A DNA stretch of 64,000 bases from Escherichia coli (lineage in GTDB: Bacteria > Pseudomonadota > Gammaproteobacteria > Enterobacterales > Enterobacteriaceae): NCBI RefSeq assembly GCF_003018255.1, contig NZ_CP027440.1; one strand, given 5' to 3'. The translations under genes and the position numbers were made by a program. Of this stretch, positions 19,822-34,069 are shown in pieces. Numbering within the stretch: position 1 is the first letter of the stretch; every line of letters starts with the position of its first letter. A model generated the notes under the pieces. It worked only from the letters and a program-made list of their open reading frames with translations, was not told the DNA's origin and did no database searches.

Positions 19822-20769
19822 TTAGAGTTTCTCGATATCAATTGCCTGAATAGCCCTTGCAATATCAGGGGAATTATTCAACACCCGAACATGCTGAAAT
19901 AATTCCGTTGCTTCATCGTATTCTTTACGCAAATAACTCAACCACTGTTTAATCCGCGCAACGTGATATAACCCGGTATCGCCCTGCTTTTCCAGACGGG
20001 TATATTTTTGCAGCAAAGCAACTACCTCCGGCCACGGCATTCGCGGTTCGTTATATTTTACCACCCGGCTCAGGTTGGGAATATTGAGCGCCCCGCGACC
20101 AATCATCACTGCGTCGCATCCGCTGATCGTCATGCATTGTTGCGCACTCTGCCAGTCCCAGATTTCACCGTTGGCAATCACAGGAATATTCAACCGCTGG
20201 CGAATCTCGCCAATCGCCTGCCAGTCAATATGCTCCGCGCGGTAACCCTGCTCTTTTGTCCGCCCATGTACTACCAGCTCCGTAGCGCCAGCCTGTTGCA
20301 CCGCATCGGCGATTTCAAATTTCTTCTCACCGCTGTCCCAGCCCAGACGCACTTTTACGCTGACGGGCAAATGCGCCGGTACAGCTTCGCGCATCGCTTT
20401 TGCACCCTGATAGATGAGTTCAGGATCTTTGAGTAACGTCGCCCCACCGCCGCTACCGTTAACCGTTTTCGACGGGCAGCCGCAATTGAGATCCACGCCC
20501 CAGGAACCTAACTCGACCGCACGGGCGGCATTCTCTGCCAGCCATTGTGGGAACTGACCTAACAACTGCACGCGCACCAGCGTACCGGCTGGTGTCCGGC
20601 TGGCGTTTTGTAGCTCAGGGCAAATGCGATGAAAGACTTTTACCGGCAGCAGTTGATCCACCACGCGGACAAACTCGGTGATGCACAGATCGTAGTCGTT
20701 AACTTCGGTCAGCAATTCACGCACCAGAGAGTCGAGTACACCCTCCATCGGTGCCAGTAACACACGCAT
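19822..20769 (-). CDS. dusC: tRNA-dihydrouridine synthase C
   Basis: 315-aa ORF, Dus family TIM-barrel motifs (LAPMEGV, conserved Cys in NCGCP). Confidence 0.93.
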   Translation of the reverse strand: MRVLLAPMEGVLDSLVRELLTEVNDYDLCITEFVRVVDQLLPVKVFHRICPELQNASRTPAGTLVRVQLLGQFPQWLAENAARAVELGSWGVDLNCGCPSKTVNGSGGGATLLKDPELIYQGAKAMREAVPAHLPVSVKVRLGWDSGEKKFEIADAVQQAGATELVVHGRTKEQGYRAEHIDWQAIGEIRQRLNIPVIANGEIWDWQSAQQCMTISGCDAVMIGRGALNIPNLSRVVKYNEPRMPWPEVVALLQKYTRLEKQGDTGLYHVARIKQWLSYLRKEYDEATELFQHVRVLNNSPDIARAIQAIDIEKL

Positions 20770-20781
20770 ATCATCACCCGC

Positions 20782-20809
20782 AAAAAAATGAGGCGCTATG
20801 TTAGCGCCT
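20782..20809 (-). terminator. rho-independent terminator downstream of the aromatic catabolic operon, 12 nt upstream of dusC start
   Basis: minus-strand hairpin AGGCGCUA-aca-UAGCGCCU followed by U7 run. Confidence 0.6.
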
Positions 20810-20830
20810 ATGGTCAGCGGATTAAAGTAC

Positions 20831-22024
20831 TCAGCGTGGTTGCAAACAGTTATCTTCTTTCCAGCCGTACAGCCACTCCATGCCGCGGTAAAACTCTGCC
20901 TGCGATTTCCCTTTCCACAACAGGTTACGTACCTGGCGCTCTACTCCTGCGGCATGATAAACCCGCCCCATTTCACGGGTCGACCAGACGATGCGCGCGG
21001 TGCGCGGAATACGTACCGACTCATACAGCGCAAAGGCTTGTGCCGCATCACCCTCACACTGCGCCAGCGCCTTACCCAGTGTTACCGCGTCTTCCAGCGC
21101 CATACAGGCACCCTGCGCCATATACTGCGCCACCGGATGGGCCGCATCGCCCACCAGCGTAATGCGCTTCGTTCCCCACTTCGCTACCGGTTCACGGTCG
21201 GCGGTTGACCAGCGTCGCCAGGAGGTCGGTTTATCCAGCATCTGGCGCGGACGGGGGTGAATCCCTTCAAAGTAAGAGAGCACTTCCTCTTTACTGCCAT
21301 CCTTCACGCCCCACTCTTCCTGCTGGCGGCTGTGGAATGTCACCACCAGGTTATACTGCTTGCCGCCACGTAAAGGGTAATGCACCAAGTGACAGCACGG
21401 CCCCGCCCACAGTACTGGTGCGTTAATGCGCAAATCTTCCGGCATATCGGCACAATCGATAACCGCACGGTAGACCACATGCCCGGTGACACGCGGCGCA
21501 TCGCCCAATAAGCTCTGGCGCACCACTGACTTCACGCCGTCACAGCCAATCAGAATATCGCCGATCCAACTATTGCCGCGATCGTCGAAAACGGTGACAT
21601 CGTCTTCTGTCTCGCGAATATCCACGACGTTGGTGGAGGTGTGATATTCCACGTCCGGATGCGTCAGTACCGCTTCCCACACCGAGGCATGAATATCAAC
21701 CCGGTGGATCACCGCGTAAGGGCCGCCGAAATGATCGCGAAAGGCCTGACCGGTTTCAATGCGCACCACTTCTTCGGCGTTTACCGCATCCATCATGGTG
21801 ATGTGATCGGTGAATACCGCGCGCTGGCGGGCGATTTCACCGACGCCGAGGCTATCCAACGCCGAAAACGCATTTGGCCCCAACTGGATACCTGCGCCAA
21901 TCTCACCGATCTCATGCGCCTTTTCCAGCAGCACCACTTTGATCCCCTGGCGGGCCAGTGACAACGCAGTTGCCGCACCGCCGATCCCGCCTCCCACAAT
22001 TACTGCGCGTGTCACTTTAGTCAT
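20831..22024 (-). CDS. FAD-dependent aromatic monooxygenase, 3-hydroxybenzoate 6-hydroxylase-like (MhbM-like)
   Basis: 397-aa ORF, N-terminal GxGxxG FAD fold ([17 protein letters not shown]), DG motif (CDGVKSVVR) and GD motif ([15 protein letters not shown]); AGGAG RBS. Confidence 0.88.
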   Translation of the reverse strand: MTKVTRAVIVGGGIGGAATALSLARQGIKVVLLEKAHEIGEIGAGIQLGPNAFSALDSLGVGEIARQRAVFTDHITMMDAVNAEEVVRIETGQAFRDHFGGPYAVIHRVDIHASVWEAVLTHPDVEYHTSTNVVDIRETEDDVTVFDDRGNSWIGDILIGCDGVKSVVRQSLLGDAPRVTGHVVYRAVIDCADMPEDLRINAPVLWAGPCCHLVHYPLRGGKQYNLVVTFHSRQQEEWGVKDGSKEEVLSYFEGIHPRPRQMLDKPTSWRRWSTADREPVAKWGTKRITLVGDAAHPVAQYMAQGACMALEDAVTLGKALAQCEGDAAQAFALYESVRIPRTARIVWSTREMGRVYHAAGVERQVRNLLWKGKSQAEFYRGMEWLYGWKEDNCLQPR

Positions 22025-22038
22025 TATGGTTCTCCTGG

Positions 22039-22683
22039 TCAGGCTGAAATTTTATCTTGTTGATTTTCTGGCGCTGCGGCAATGAACGCTGGCAGCTGCG
22101 TGCAGGCGTCGTACACCGCTTTGCAGCGCGGATACCCGCTCAGATCGCAGTTCATACGTAGCGCGTTCGCCCACTGTGGAACAAGGCAGCAATCTGCCAG
22201 CGTCGGCGTCTCGCCCACACAAAATTGCCCCGACTGGCTCTGGCGCAGTAGCTGTTCCACCGCGCTTAACCCTTGCTGGATCCAGTGCGCATACCAGCGT
22301 TTTTTATCTTCTTCACTGACGTTCAGCTCTTCGGTCAGGTAGCGCAGCACGCGTAGGTTATTCAATGGATGAATATCGCAGGCGATGGCATAGACAATTT
22401 CCAGCACCTTGTTGCGGGCCGGTTCTTCCTGCGGCATCAGCGGAACTTGCGGGTAGTGACTCTCCAGCCAGTCAATAATCGCCAGCGATTGTCCGAGTGA
22501 TTCGCCCTCGTCGGTCAGCAGCGTCGGCACCAGCCCGACCGGATTCATCCGCCGGTAGGCCAGTTCGTTTTGCTGACCAATGCGGATATTCACCCCTTCG
22601 GTCTGGTAATCGATACCCTTCAGCGCCAGCGCAATGCGCACCCGGTAAGACGCTGAACTATTAAAAAAACTGTACAGCTTCAT
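22039..22683 (-). CDS. glutathione-dependent maleylpyruvate isomerase (zeta-class GST, MhbI-like)
   Basis: 214-aa ORF from ATG 22683 (MKLYSFFNSSASYRVRIALALKG) with GAGG RBS; zeta-GST N-terminal motif; track TTG 22698 rejected. Confidence 0.85.
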   Translation of the reverse strand: MKLYSFFNSSASYRVRIALALKGIDYQTEGVNIRIGQQNELAYRRMNPVGLVPTLLTDEGESLGQSLAIIDWLESHYPQVPLMPQEEPARNKVLEIVYAIACDIHPLNNLRVLRYLTEELNVSEEDKKRWYAHWIQQGLSAVEQLLRQSQSGQFCVGETPTLADCCLVPQWANALRMNCDLSGYPRCKAVYDACTQLPAFIAAAPENQQDKISA

Positions 22684-22690
22684 CATCACC

Positions 22691-23392
22691 TCAGACAATC
22701 TTCACCGCGATAGGCGTTAAGCCCTCGACGTTGCCCGTGATCACATCACCTTTGACTACTGAGCCAACCCCTTCCGGCGTACCGGTAAAGATTAGATCGC
22801 CCGGTTGCAGTTCAAAGAAGCCTGACAGGTAGCTGATGGTTTCATTCACTGACCAGATGAGATGACGAATATCGCTGCGCTGATGATCTTCGCCGTTAAC
22901 CTGTAACCAGATAGGTGCGTTATCAATACCGCCAGTTTCGCTGGCTTTGTGCAGCGGCGCGATGGGGGCCGAGAGATCGAACGCTTTGCCGATTTCCCAC
23001 GGGCGGCCCATCTGGCGCATTTCCATTTGACGGTCACGGCGAGTCATATCAAGACCCGTGGCATAACCCCAGACATATTCATGGGCGTTTTCCAGCGGGA
23101 TATCACTGCCTTTTTTACCAATCGCCACCACCAGTTCAATTTCATAATGGTAGTTATCGGTCTGCGCCGGATACGGCAGCGCCAGCGTTTCGCCAGCGGC
23201 AACCGGAACAATGGCATCCGCCGGTTTGCAGAAGAAGAATGGCGGTTCACGATCCGGATCAAAGCCCATTTCGCGGGCGTGGGCGGCATAGTTACGTCCG
23301 ACGCAGTAAACGCGGCGTACGGGGAATTGTTCATCACTGCCAACAACCGGTACGGTAACGGGCGCTTGTGGTTCGAATACGTATTGAGTCAT
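22691..23392 (-). CDS. fumarylpyruvate hydrolase (FAH family, MhbH-like)
   Basis: 233-aa ORF with fumarylacetoacetate-hydrolase family features; GGGAGAG RBS; operon position. Confidence 0.85.
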   Translation of the reverse strand: MTQYVFEPQAPVTVPVVGSDEQFPVRRVYCVGRNYAAHAREMGFDPDREPPFFFCKPADAIVPVAAGETLALPYPAQTDNYHYEIELVVAIGKKGSDIPLENAHEYVWGYATGLDMTRRDRQMEMRQMGRPWEIGKAFDLSAPIAPLHKASETGGIDNAPIWLQVNGEDHQRSDIRHLIWSVNETISYLSGFFELQPGDLIFTGTPEGVGSVVKGDVITGNVEGLTPIAVKIV

Positions 23393-23407
23393 TTTCTCTC
23401 TCCCAAA

Positions 23408-24436
23408 TTAATAACGTGCTTCGCGGAACAGCCCCAGGGCTTCTTGTACCGGTCTGTCCGAAAAACTAAATAAAACGGTATCTTGCGTGGTCTGGAACGA
23501 CACGCCGTGCCAGGTCGGCACCACGAAGATATCTTTTGCACTAAAGCTGAAGGTTTCATTGCCGATAGTGACCTGCCCGCTACCTTCCACCACATGGTAG
23601 ATGGTGCTGTCAGTGGTACGCGCCACGCGTGAGGCAAACCCTTTCGGCAGCAGTTGCAGAAAAGCGCCCATCGACGGCATCGGATAGCCACCGGTGACCG
23701 GGTTGACGTAGCGCATTTTGTAGCCATCCCACTCATCGGCATCGCCCAGGCGGGTTAAATCGTGTAGCACTTCGCGGCTACGGTCATAACGGTAGTTAAA
23801 GATGGGCGAGGAGTTCCCGGTCTGATGGCGCAACGGCAACATATTGGCAGCGTAACGCGGCAGGTAATCGCCCTCTTTACGCGTTACTGGTTGTTGCTCC
23901 TCCGGGTAATCTTCGGCAAAACCGCAGCCCAGAGTGTTCACTAATGGCAGATCCAGCCCATCGAGCCAGATAACCGGTTCGTCGCCAGGGTTACCGTGAT
24001 CGTGCCAGCGCCACTGCGGGGTCAGGATAAAATCGCCCTCATTCATTGACGTGCGTTCGCCATCAACGGCGGTGAATGCCCCTTTACCTTCAACAATAAA
24101 ACGCAGCGCCGACTGGTTATGGCGATGACTCGGTGCCACTTCGCCCGGCATGATCAGTTGCAAACCGGCATATAAAGTCGCGGTGATGGAAGACTGCCCG
24201 CGCAGCGCCGGGTTTTCCAGCACCAGCACGCGGCGCACGGCTTCTTTCGCGCCAATCAGGCTGCCGCTCTCCAGCAGCAACGGGCGGATCTCCTGATAAT
24301 TCCAGTACGCTGGCGCACAGTTAGCGTTGGGCGTTTTTGGCACCAGATGGTGCAGTGACTCCCACAGCGGGGTCAGGTTTTGCCCGGAAATATGCTGATA
24401 AAATTGCTCGCGGCTATTTTGATTGTTATCAGTCAT
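23408..24436 (-). CDS. gentisate 1,2-dioxygenase (bicupin, MhbD-like)
   Basis: 342-aa ORF, two cupin halves with His-rich metal sites; AGGAG RBS. Confidence 0.88.
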   Translation of the reverse strand: MTDNNQNSREQFYQHISGQNLTPLWESLHHLVPKTPNANCAPAYWNYQEIRPLLLESGSLIGAKEAVRRVLVLENPALRGQSSITATLYAGLQLIMPGEVAPSHRHNQSALRFIVEGKGAFTAVDGERTSMNEGDFILTPQWRWHDHGNPGDEPVIWLDGLDLPLVNTLGCGFAEDYPEEQQPVTRKEGDYLPRYAANMLPLRHQTGNSSPIFNYRYDRSREVLHDLTRLGDADEWDGYKMRYVNPVTGGYPMPSMGAFLQLLPKGFASRVARTTDSTIYHVVEGSGQVTIGNETFSFSAKDIFVVPTWHGVSFQTTQDTVLFSFSDRPVQEALGLFREARY

Positions 24437-24447
24437 TGGGATGCTCC

Positions 24448-25806
24448 TTATTCGTTCACAACACCTGCGTGAGGCAGTGAGTCAGGGACAGAGGTCGACT
24501 GGCGAACCACGGTGATCAGCTGGGTTAACATCACCGCACTGATCGCCGCGGGCACAGCGATAATGAAAAACAGGGTGTCGAAAGAGAAATTCATCGCCAT
24601 CATAACGCCGCCAGACAGCGAGCCAACAATCGCGCCGCAGCGGCCCACGGCGTTTGACCAGCTCACGCCCGTGGCGCGACTTTGTGTTGGATAAAGTGTT
24701 GCGGTCAGCGCATTCAGCCCCACCTGCGATCCGCTGATGCCAATGCCGGTGCCGAAAATCGCCAGCGCCATTAGCCATAATCCGTCCTGGCTTAAGCCAA
24801 TCATCACGATGCATACAGCGCCTATGGCATAGCTCAGCGCCAGTACGCGGAAAGGATTGAACTTATCCATAAGCACGCCCAGCGCCAGCGCGCCCAACGT
24901 ACCGCCAATCTGGAACGCGGCGGTAACCCAGGAGGCATGTTGCAGGTCGATGCCGCGATGGTTGAGCTGCGTTGGCATCCAGCTTGAGAGCAGGTAAATA
25001 ATCAGCAAGCTCATAAAGAACACCACCCACAGCATCAACGTGATGGGTAACTGACGCCCCATAAACAGTTGACGAATGCTGCCTTTTGTAACGGAGGCTG
25101 ATTCAATGAGATAAAAGTGGGTATCGACATAACGCTCGCGGATGATGGCGCTGACGGTTTTCGCAATCACCGCCTGGGGTAGCTGGCGGCGCACCTGCCA
25201 GCGTGGCGATTCCGGCAGAACCACCAGCAGTGCAACAAACAGCATCAGCGGTAATACGCCACCCAACACCAGGATCCCGTGCCAGCCAATCACCGGCACC
25301 AGCTGCGCGCTGACAATCCCGCCAAACGCCGAACCCAGGGTAAAGCCGCAAAACATCAGCGTCACCAGCGCGCCGCGGCGGCGGGCAGGCAGATATTCCG
25401 AGGTCATGGTAATTGTATTTGGCATCGCGCCACCCAGCCCAAGGCCGGTGAGGAAACGCAGGAATACCAGCGTTTGCAGATCCGGTGAGAAAGCCGAGGC
25501 GAGGCTTAACGCGCCAAACAAAAAGACGCACAGCTCAATCACCCGTTTGCGGCCAAAGCGATCGGACAACGGACCACAAAGCAGTGCGCCTGCGGTTAAC
25601 CCCAGCAGACCCGCGCCAAAAAGCGGGGCGAGATCGCCTGCGGTGAGTTGCCAGTGAGTGCGAATATCAGGGGCGATAAAGCCGATAGCCGCGGTGTCAA
25701 AACCATCGAGCATTACCACCAGAAAACAGCAGATGATAACGCGCCACTGCATCTTGCCGACCGGAGCAGCATCGATCAGTGCTTGTAAATCACGTCGTTG
25801 AGTCAT
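24448..25806 (-). CDS. MFS aromatic acid:H+ symporter (3-hydroxybenzoate transporter-like, MhbT-like)
   Basis: 452-aa ORF, 12 predicted TM segments, MFS signature ([11 protein letters not shown]). Confidence 0.88.
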   Translation of the reverse strand: MTQRRDLQALIDAAPVGKMQWRVIICCFLVVMLDGFDTAAIGFIAPDIRTHWQLTAGDLAPLFGAGLLGLTAGALLCGPLSDRFGRKRVIELCVFLFGALSLASAFSPDLQTLVFLRFLTGLGLGGAMPNTITMTSEYLPARRRGALVTLMFCGFTLGSAFGGIVSAQLVPVIGWHGILVLGGVLPLMLFVALLVVLPESPRWQVRRQLPQAVIAKTVSAIIRERYVDTHFYLIESASVTKGSIRQLFMGRQLPITLMLWVVFFMSLLIIYLLSSWMPTQLNHRGIDLQHASWVTAAFQIGGTLGALALGVLMDKFNPFRVLALSYAIGAVCIVMIGLSQDGLWLMALAIFGTGIGISGSQVGLNALTATLYPTQSRATGVSWSNAVGRCGAIVGSLSGGVMMAMNFSFDTLFFIIAVPAAISAVMLTQLITVVRQSTSVPDSLPHAGVVNE

Positions 25807-25884
25807 AGTAAATGCCTCAGTGCAGGTAAGGTAGATGTTTCATTTGTTTTATGTATGTTGCGATATTGTGATTAAAGAGATGAA

Positions 25885-26841
25885 ATGTACAATGGCATTT
25901 CGGACAGAGAGATAACCTGGAGGTTATGGCAAATGGCAAACTGGGCGCAGAAACTAAAGCTTCATCACCTGCAAATGCTGGTGGCGCTGGGTGAACAGGG
26001 CAATCTGACCCATGTCGCGCGGATGATGAATATCACCCAGCCTGCGCTGTCGAAATGGTTGTCACAACTCGAAGATGAGATCGGCCTCACACTCTTTGAG
26101 CGGCACAGCAAAGGACTTCGTCCTACTGAAGGCGGCAAATTGTTATTGCAACATGCCCAACGGTTAATCAATGACATGGAGCGCTCGCAACATGAACTGG
26201 CCCGTTTTAAACAAGGTGGACTGGTCGGCAGTCTGAAAATTGGCTGTTCTCCCGTCGCCACTGACTGCGTATCCCAGGCGATTTTGCATTTGCTCAAGGA
26301 GATGCCAACTCTACACCTGAATATCGAAGAGAAGGTGATGACCCCATTGCTGCAAGATCTGTTGGCAGGTTCTGTCGATGTGGTGGTTGGGCGAATTGGC
26401 GGTCGCGCGTTGCAGCTGCCGCTGAATTATCGCGTGCTCTACACCGAGCCGGTGTGTTTTGTCGCCCGTCCTGAGCATCCACTGGCGAAATACGCCACCC
26501 TCAGCTGGAATGATCTTGCTAACTGGCGGTGGATAGTCTGGCCGACAGGTACCCCCATCCGCATCAGCATTGATAATGCGCTGGTAGACCACGGCGTGAT
26601 GCTGCCAGAAAACACGATTGAGTCGGCGTCGATGAACGTCAGTACCAACCTGTTACAAAGCAGCGATATGATCTCTATTTTGTCATTACGCCTGGCGCAA
26701 CGTTATGCCAGCCAGGGACAACTGGTGATTCTCAACCTGCCAAAGATAGAACAGAAAGGCAGCGTCGGTGTGTTCTGGCGCAATAACGAAACGCCTTCTT
26801 ATGCTTTAAGTCAGTTTCTGCACTTTTTACAGCAGAATTAG
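25885..26841 (+). CDS. LysR-type transcriptional regulator, divergent from the catabolic operon (MhbR-like); alternative start ATG 25933
   Basis: N-terminal HTH (LHHLQMLVALGEQGNLTHVARMMNITQPALSKWLSQLE) and LysR substrate-binding domain; GGAGG RBS precedes the 25933 ATG. Confidence 0.85.
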   Translation: MYNGISDREITWRLWQMANWAQKLKLHHLQMLVALGEQGNLTHVARMMNITQPALSKWLSQLEDEIGLTLFERHSKGLRPTEGGKLLLQHAQRLINDMERSQHELARFKQGGLVGSLKIGCSPVATDCVSQAILHLLKEMPTLHLNIEEKVMTPLLQDLLAGSVDVVVGRIGGRALQLPLNYRVLYTEPVCFVARPEHPLAKYATLSWNDLANWRWIVWPTGTPIRISIDNALVDHGVMLPENTIESASMNVSTNLLQSSDMISILSLRLAQRYASQGQLVILNLPKIEQKGSVGVFWRNNETPSYALSQFLHFLQQN

Positions 26842-26935
26842 TGTGCTGAACTGGGCGCTCGCCCGAGGTTACGTCCCTAAAATTCAACTATGCTGAGATT
26901 TCTTAATGTGATCGGTAGCACGTTTTACGAATTAA

Positions 26936-28062
<1,127 letters not shown>

Positions 28063-28066
28063 AATT

Positions 28067-28082
28067 TGCGATGCGTCGCGCA
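28067..28082 (+). promoter_or_regulatory. CRP-like site (distal) in cdd promoter
   Basis: TGCGA-N6-GCGCA imperfect palindrome about 50 bp upstream of the proximal site, as in the tandem CRP/CytR arrangement at cdd. Confidence 0.4.
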
Positions 28083-28116
28083 TTTTTGATGTAAGTTTCA
28101 CGCGTTGCATAATTAA

Positions 28117-28132
28117 TGAGATTCAGATCACA
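28117..28132 (+). promoter_or_regulatory. CRP site (proximal) in cdd promoter
   Basis: TGAGA-TTCAGA-TCACA, near-consensus CRP box about 60-75 bp upstream of cdd ATG. Confidence 0.55.
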
Positions 28133-28191
28133 TATAAAGCCATAACGGGTTCGTAAACTGTTATCCCATTACATGATTATGAGGCAACGCC

Positions 28192-30187
<1,996 letters not shown>

Positions 30188-30238
30188 TATTTTCTCTTTT
30201 CTGTTAATTATTGAGAATAATTATTACTTCACTCAATA

Positions 30239-30276
30239 AGCTGCGGATATAACATTCTGAACCGCAGCTATTTGTG
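30239..30276 (+). terminator. hairpin terminator candidate after yeiS
   Basis: 8-bp stem AGCTGCGG/CCGCAGCT followed by T-rich tract. Confidence 0.45.
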
Positions 30277-30335
30277 AATCCTTTCACAGTTTAAATTTCC
30301 CCACGCGCATAGCCTTAATATCAGCACGCAATATT

Positions 30336-30462
30336 TATACTCTAAATAATTCGAGTTGCAGGAAGGCGACAAGTGAGTGAGTCCCCAGGAGCTTACATAA
30401 GTAAGTGACTGGGGTGAGCGAACGCAGACGCAGCACATGCAACTTGAAGTATGACGAGTATA
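30336..30462. repeat. ERIC (IRU) element
   Basis: contains AAGTAAGTGACTGGGGTGAGCG (the ERIC2 primer sequence) and GTGAGTCCCCAGGAGCTTACAT (1 mismatch to the ERIC1R complement); flanking imperfect palindrome TATACTC...GAGTATA. Confidence 0.75.
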
Positions 30463-30505
30463 TTTAGCGTTCGCCTTAATTACTCATAGCATTAAGGAAG
30501 ATCAC

Positions 30506-31744
30506 ATGCCGCAACAAAATTATCTGGATGAACTCACTCCGGCTTTTACACCGTTACTGGCGATTAAAGAAGCCTCTCGCTGTTTATTATGCCATGACGC
30601 CCCCTGTAGTCAGGCTTGCCCGGCACAGACCGATCCGGGGAAATTTATTCGCTCAATCTACTTTCGTAATTTTAAAGGCGCTGCCGAGACAATTCGTGAA
30701 AATAATGCCCTCGGTGCCGTTTGTGCCAGAGTGTGCCCGACGGAGAAATTATGCCAAAGCGGTTGTACCCGTGCCGGTGTTGATACTCCCATTGATATCG
30801 GTCGCTTACAGCGTTTTGTTACTGATTTTGAACAACAAACTGGGATGGAAATTTATCAGCCCGGTACTAAAACGCTCGGCAAAGTCGCCATTATTGGCGC
30901 GGGTCCTGCCGGATTGCAGGCCAGTGTGACACTGACAAACCAGGGTTATGACGTCACGATCTATGAGAAAGAAGCACAACCCGGTGGCTGGTTGCGTAAC
31001 GGCATTCCGCAATTCCGGTTACCGCAATCAGTACTGGATGCAGAAATCGCCCGTATTGAAAAAATGGGCGTGACCATTAAATGCAATAACGAAATCGGTA
31101 ACACACTCACCCTGGAGCAGCTGAAAGCGGAAAACCGCGCGGTACTGGTCACTGTGGGGTTATCGAGCGGTTCGGGGCTACCACTGTTTGAGCATAGCGA
31201 TGTTGAGATTGCCGTCGACTTCTTGCAACGTGCACGACAGGCGCAAGGCGATATCAGCATTCCACAAAGCGCATTAATTATCGGCGGCGGTGATGTCGCG
31301 ATGGACGTAGCCAGCACGCTGAAAGTTCTCGGCTGTCAGGCAGTAACTTGCGTAGCGCGTGAAGAGTTAGATGAGTTTCCGGCAAGCGAAAAAGAGTTTG
31401 CCAGCGCCCGGGAGCTGGGCGTTTCGATCATCGATGGATTCACGCCAGTAGCTGTGGAAGGCAATAAAGTCACGTTTAAGCATGTACGGTTACCGGGCGA
31501 ACTGACGATGGCGGCAGATAAAATTATTCTCGCCGTCGGTCAGCATGCCAGACTGGATGCCTTTGCGGAGTTAGAGCCGCAGCGTAACACCATCAAAACA
31601 CAAAATTACCAGACCCGCGACCCGCAAGTCTTTGCTGCTGGCGATATTGTTGAGGGTGACAAAACCGTGGTTTATGCCGTGAAAACCGGGAAAGAAGCCG
31701 CTGAGGCGATTCATCACTATTTAGAGGGAGCTTGCTCATGTTAA
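30506..31744 (+). CDS. preT: NAD-dependent dihydropyrimidine dehydrogenase subunit PreT
   Basis: 412-aa ORF, N-terminal Cys cluster and FAD/NAD(P) fold ([11 protein letters not shown]). Confidence 0.92.
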   Translation: MPQQNYLDELTPAFTPLLAIKEASRCLLCHDAPCSQACPAQTDPGKFIRSIYFRNFKGAAETIRENNALGAVCARVCPTEKLCQSGCTRAGVDTPIDIGRLQRFVTDFEQQTGMEIYQPGTKTLGKVAIIGAGPAGLQASVTLTNQGYDVTIYEKEAQPGGWLRNGIPQFRLPQSVLDAEIARIEKMGVTIKCNNEIGNTLTLEQLKAENRAVLVTVGLSSGSGLPLFEHSDVEIAVDFLQRARQAQGDISIPQSALIIGGGDVAMDVASTLKVLGCQAVTCVAREELDEFPASEKEFASARELGVSIIDGFTPVAVEGNKVTFKHVRLPGELTMAADKIILAVGQHARLDAFAELEPQRNTIKTQNYQTRDPQVFAAGDIVEGDKTVVYAVKTGKEAAEAIHHYLEGACSC

Positions 31745-32973
31745 CGAAAGATCTTTCGATTACCTTTTGTGGTGTGAAGTTTCCCAACCCGTTCTGCCTC
31801 TCTTCTTCGCCTGTAGGCAACTGCTATGAGATGTGTGCCAAAGCCTACGACACAGGCTGGGGTGGCGTGGTGTTTAAAACGATCGGTTTTTTTATCGCCA
31901 ACGAAGTCTCGCCGCGTTTTGATCATCTGGTGAAAGAAGATACCGGTTTTATCGGCTTCAAAAATATGGAGCAGATTGCTGAACATCCGTTGGAAGATAA
32001 TCTGGCCGCACTGCGTCGGCTGAAAGAAGATTACCCGGACAAAGTATTGATCGCTTCAATCATGGGCGAAAATGAGCAGCAATGGGAAGAGCTGGCGCGT
32101 CTGGTGCAAGAAGCTGGCGCGGATATGATCGAGTGTAACTTCTCCTGTCCGCAAATGACTTCTCATGCGATGGGTAGCGATGTCGGGCAAAGCCCGGAGC
32201 TGGTAGAAAAATATTGTCGGGCAGTAAAACGTGGTTCCACGCTGCCAATGCTGGCGAAGATGACGCCGAATATCGGTGATATGTGCGAAGTGGCGCTGGC
32301 GGCGAAGCGCGGCGGCGCAGATGGCATTGCGGCGATTAACACCGTTAAATCCATCACCAATATCGATCTTAATCAGAAAATCGGTATGCCGATCGTTAAC
32401 GGTAAATCGAGTATTTCCGGATATTCCGGTAAAGCGGTAAAACCGATCGCCCTGCGCTTCATTCAGCAAATGCGTACCCATCCAGAACTGCGCGATTTCC
32501 CGATCAGCGGTATCGGCGGCATTGAAACCTGGGAAGATGCGGCGGAGTTTTTATTGCTCGGTGCAGCGACGTTGCAGGTGACCACCGGCATTATGCAGTA
32601 CGGGTATCGGATAGTGGAAGATATGGCAAGCGGGTTGTCGCATTATCTCGCCGATCAAGGGTTTGATTCGTTGCAGGAGATGGTAGGTCTGGCGAATAAC
32701 AATATTGTCCCGGCGGAAGATTTAGACCGCAGTTATATTGTCTATCCCCATATCAATCTCGATAAATGTGTTGGCTGTGGACGCTGTTATATTTCCTGTT
32801 ACGACGGCGGTCACCAGGCGATGGAATGGAGCGAGAAAACCCGTACACCGCATTGTAATACCGAGAAATGTGTTGGTTGCCTGCTTTGTGGTCACGTCTG
32901 CCCGGTGGGTTGTATTGATCTCGGAGAAGTGAAGTTTAAGAAGGGAGAGAAAGAACACCCGGTAACGTTGTAA
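31738..32973 (+). CDS. preA: NAD-dependent dihydropyrimidine dehydrogenase subunit PreA
   Basis: 411-aa ORF from ATG 31738 (MLTKDL); DHOD-like TIM barrel plus C-terminal 2x[4Fe-4S] ferredoxin motifs ([23 protein letters not shown]); 7-bp overlap with preT. Confidence 0.92.
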   Translation: MLTKDLSITFCGVKFPNPFCLSSSPVGNCYEMCAKAYDTGWGGVVFKTIGFFIANEVSPRFDHLVKEDTGFIGFKNMEQIAEHPLEDNLAALRRLKEDYPDKVLIASIMGENEQQWEELARLVQEAGADMIECNFSCPQMTSHAMGSDVGQSPELVEKYCRAVKRGSTLPMLAKMTPNIGDMCEVALAAKRGGADGIAAINTVKSITNIDLNQKIGMPIVNGKSSISGYSGKAVKPIALRFIQQMRTHPELRDFPISGIGGIETWEDAAEFLLLGAATLQVTTGIMQYGYRIVEDMASGLSHYLADQGFDSLQEMVGLANNNIVPAEDLDRSYIVYPHINLDKCVGCGRCYISCYDGGHQAMEWSEKTRTPHCNTEKCVGCLLCGHVCPVGCIDLGEVKFKKGEKEHPVTL

Positions 32974-32982
32974 AACCAGAGA

Positions 32983-33030
32983 CGCATCCGGCATTTGGCA
33001 CCGATTGCCGGATGCGGCGCATCCGGCAAT
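32983..33030. repeat. REP-like palindromes between preA and mglC
   Basis: CGCATCCGGCA...TGCCGGATGCGGCGCATCCGGCAA. Confidence 0.55.
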
Positions 33031-33043
33031 ACCCACATTCACA

Positions 33044-34054
33044 TCATTTCTTACGCGCGTATTTCAGTGAATCCAGCGCCACGGCGAAGATAATAATCGC
33101 CCCTTTGATGATGTACTGCCAGTATGGGTTTACGCCGATGTACGTCAGGCCATAGTTGATGACGGTAAAAATAATCACCCCGGTCACCACGCCAATCACC
33201 GTCCCTACACCACCGCTGAACGATACACCACCCACCACACATGCCGCGATAGCATCCAACTCATACATAAAGCCGAGGTTGTTGGTGGCAGAGCCGATAC
33301 GTCCGGCTTCTAACATCCCGCCGAAGGCATAGAACACGCCAGACAACGCGTAGATCATCAGCAGGTTCAGGCCGACGTTGACACCAGATACTTTCGCCGC
33401 TTCCGGGTTACCGCCAATGGCAAAAATGTTCTTACCGAAGCGGGTTTTGTTCCACAACACCCAGACGAACGCCACCGCAATCAACGCGTAGAAGGTGATG
33501 TAAGAGAGACGGAAACTCCCCAGCGCGACAAAGCCCTGAGCAAAGGTAGAGAAGCCACTGTCGAAACCAGAAATCGGCGACGCCCCGACAAAGTCGTAAT
33601 AGAGCGAGTTGATGCCATAGACGATGATCATCGTGCCGAGCGTGGTAATGAACGGCGTCACGTTGAGATAGGCGATAATCAGACCGTTGATCAAACCGAT
33701 CACCGCACCAATGGCACAGACAATCAGAATAACCAGCGCAATCGGCATCGTCGCCATTTCCGGGAACACTTTGTTGGCGTTATCCATGGACTGCAATAAC
33801 GTCGCCGCTACTACTGCCGCCAGCCCCACCTGGCGACCTGCAGAAAGGTCGGTCCCCTGGGTGACAATTAACCCTGCCACACCGAGCGCGATAATAATAC
33901 GCACCGATGACTGGGTGAGAATATTACTTAAGTTCAACAGACTTAAAAATGTTGGGTCCTGGAAAATAATAATTGCCAGCAAAACTAAAAGAACGACGTA
34001 AATACCGCCCTCTTTCAGGTAAGTAAGAAAACTTTTCTTATTTAACGCACTCAT
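33044..34054 (-). CDS. mglC: galactose/methyl-galactoside ABC transporter permease MglC
   Basis: 336-aa polytopic ORF; operon context. Confidence 0.95.
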   Translation of the reverse strand: MSALNKKSFLTYLKEGGIYVVLLVLLAIIIFQDPTFLSLLNLSNILTQSSVRIIIALGVAGLIVTQGTDLSAGRQVGLAAVVAATLLQSMDNANKVFPEMATMPIALVILIVCAIGAVIGLINGLIIAYLNVTPFITTLGTMIIVYGINSLYYDFVGASPISGFDSGFSTFAQGFVALGSFRLSYITFYALIAVAFVWVLWNKTRFGKNIFAIGGNPEAAKVSGVNVGLNLLMIYALSGVFYAFGGMLEAGRIGSATNNLGFMYELDAIAACVVGGVSFSGGVGTVIGVVTGVIIFTVINYGLTYIGVNPYWQYIIKGAIIIFAVALDSLKYARKK

Positions 34055-34069
34055 GGGAAGCCCCTAATC

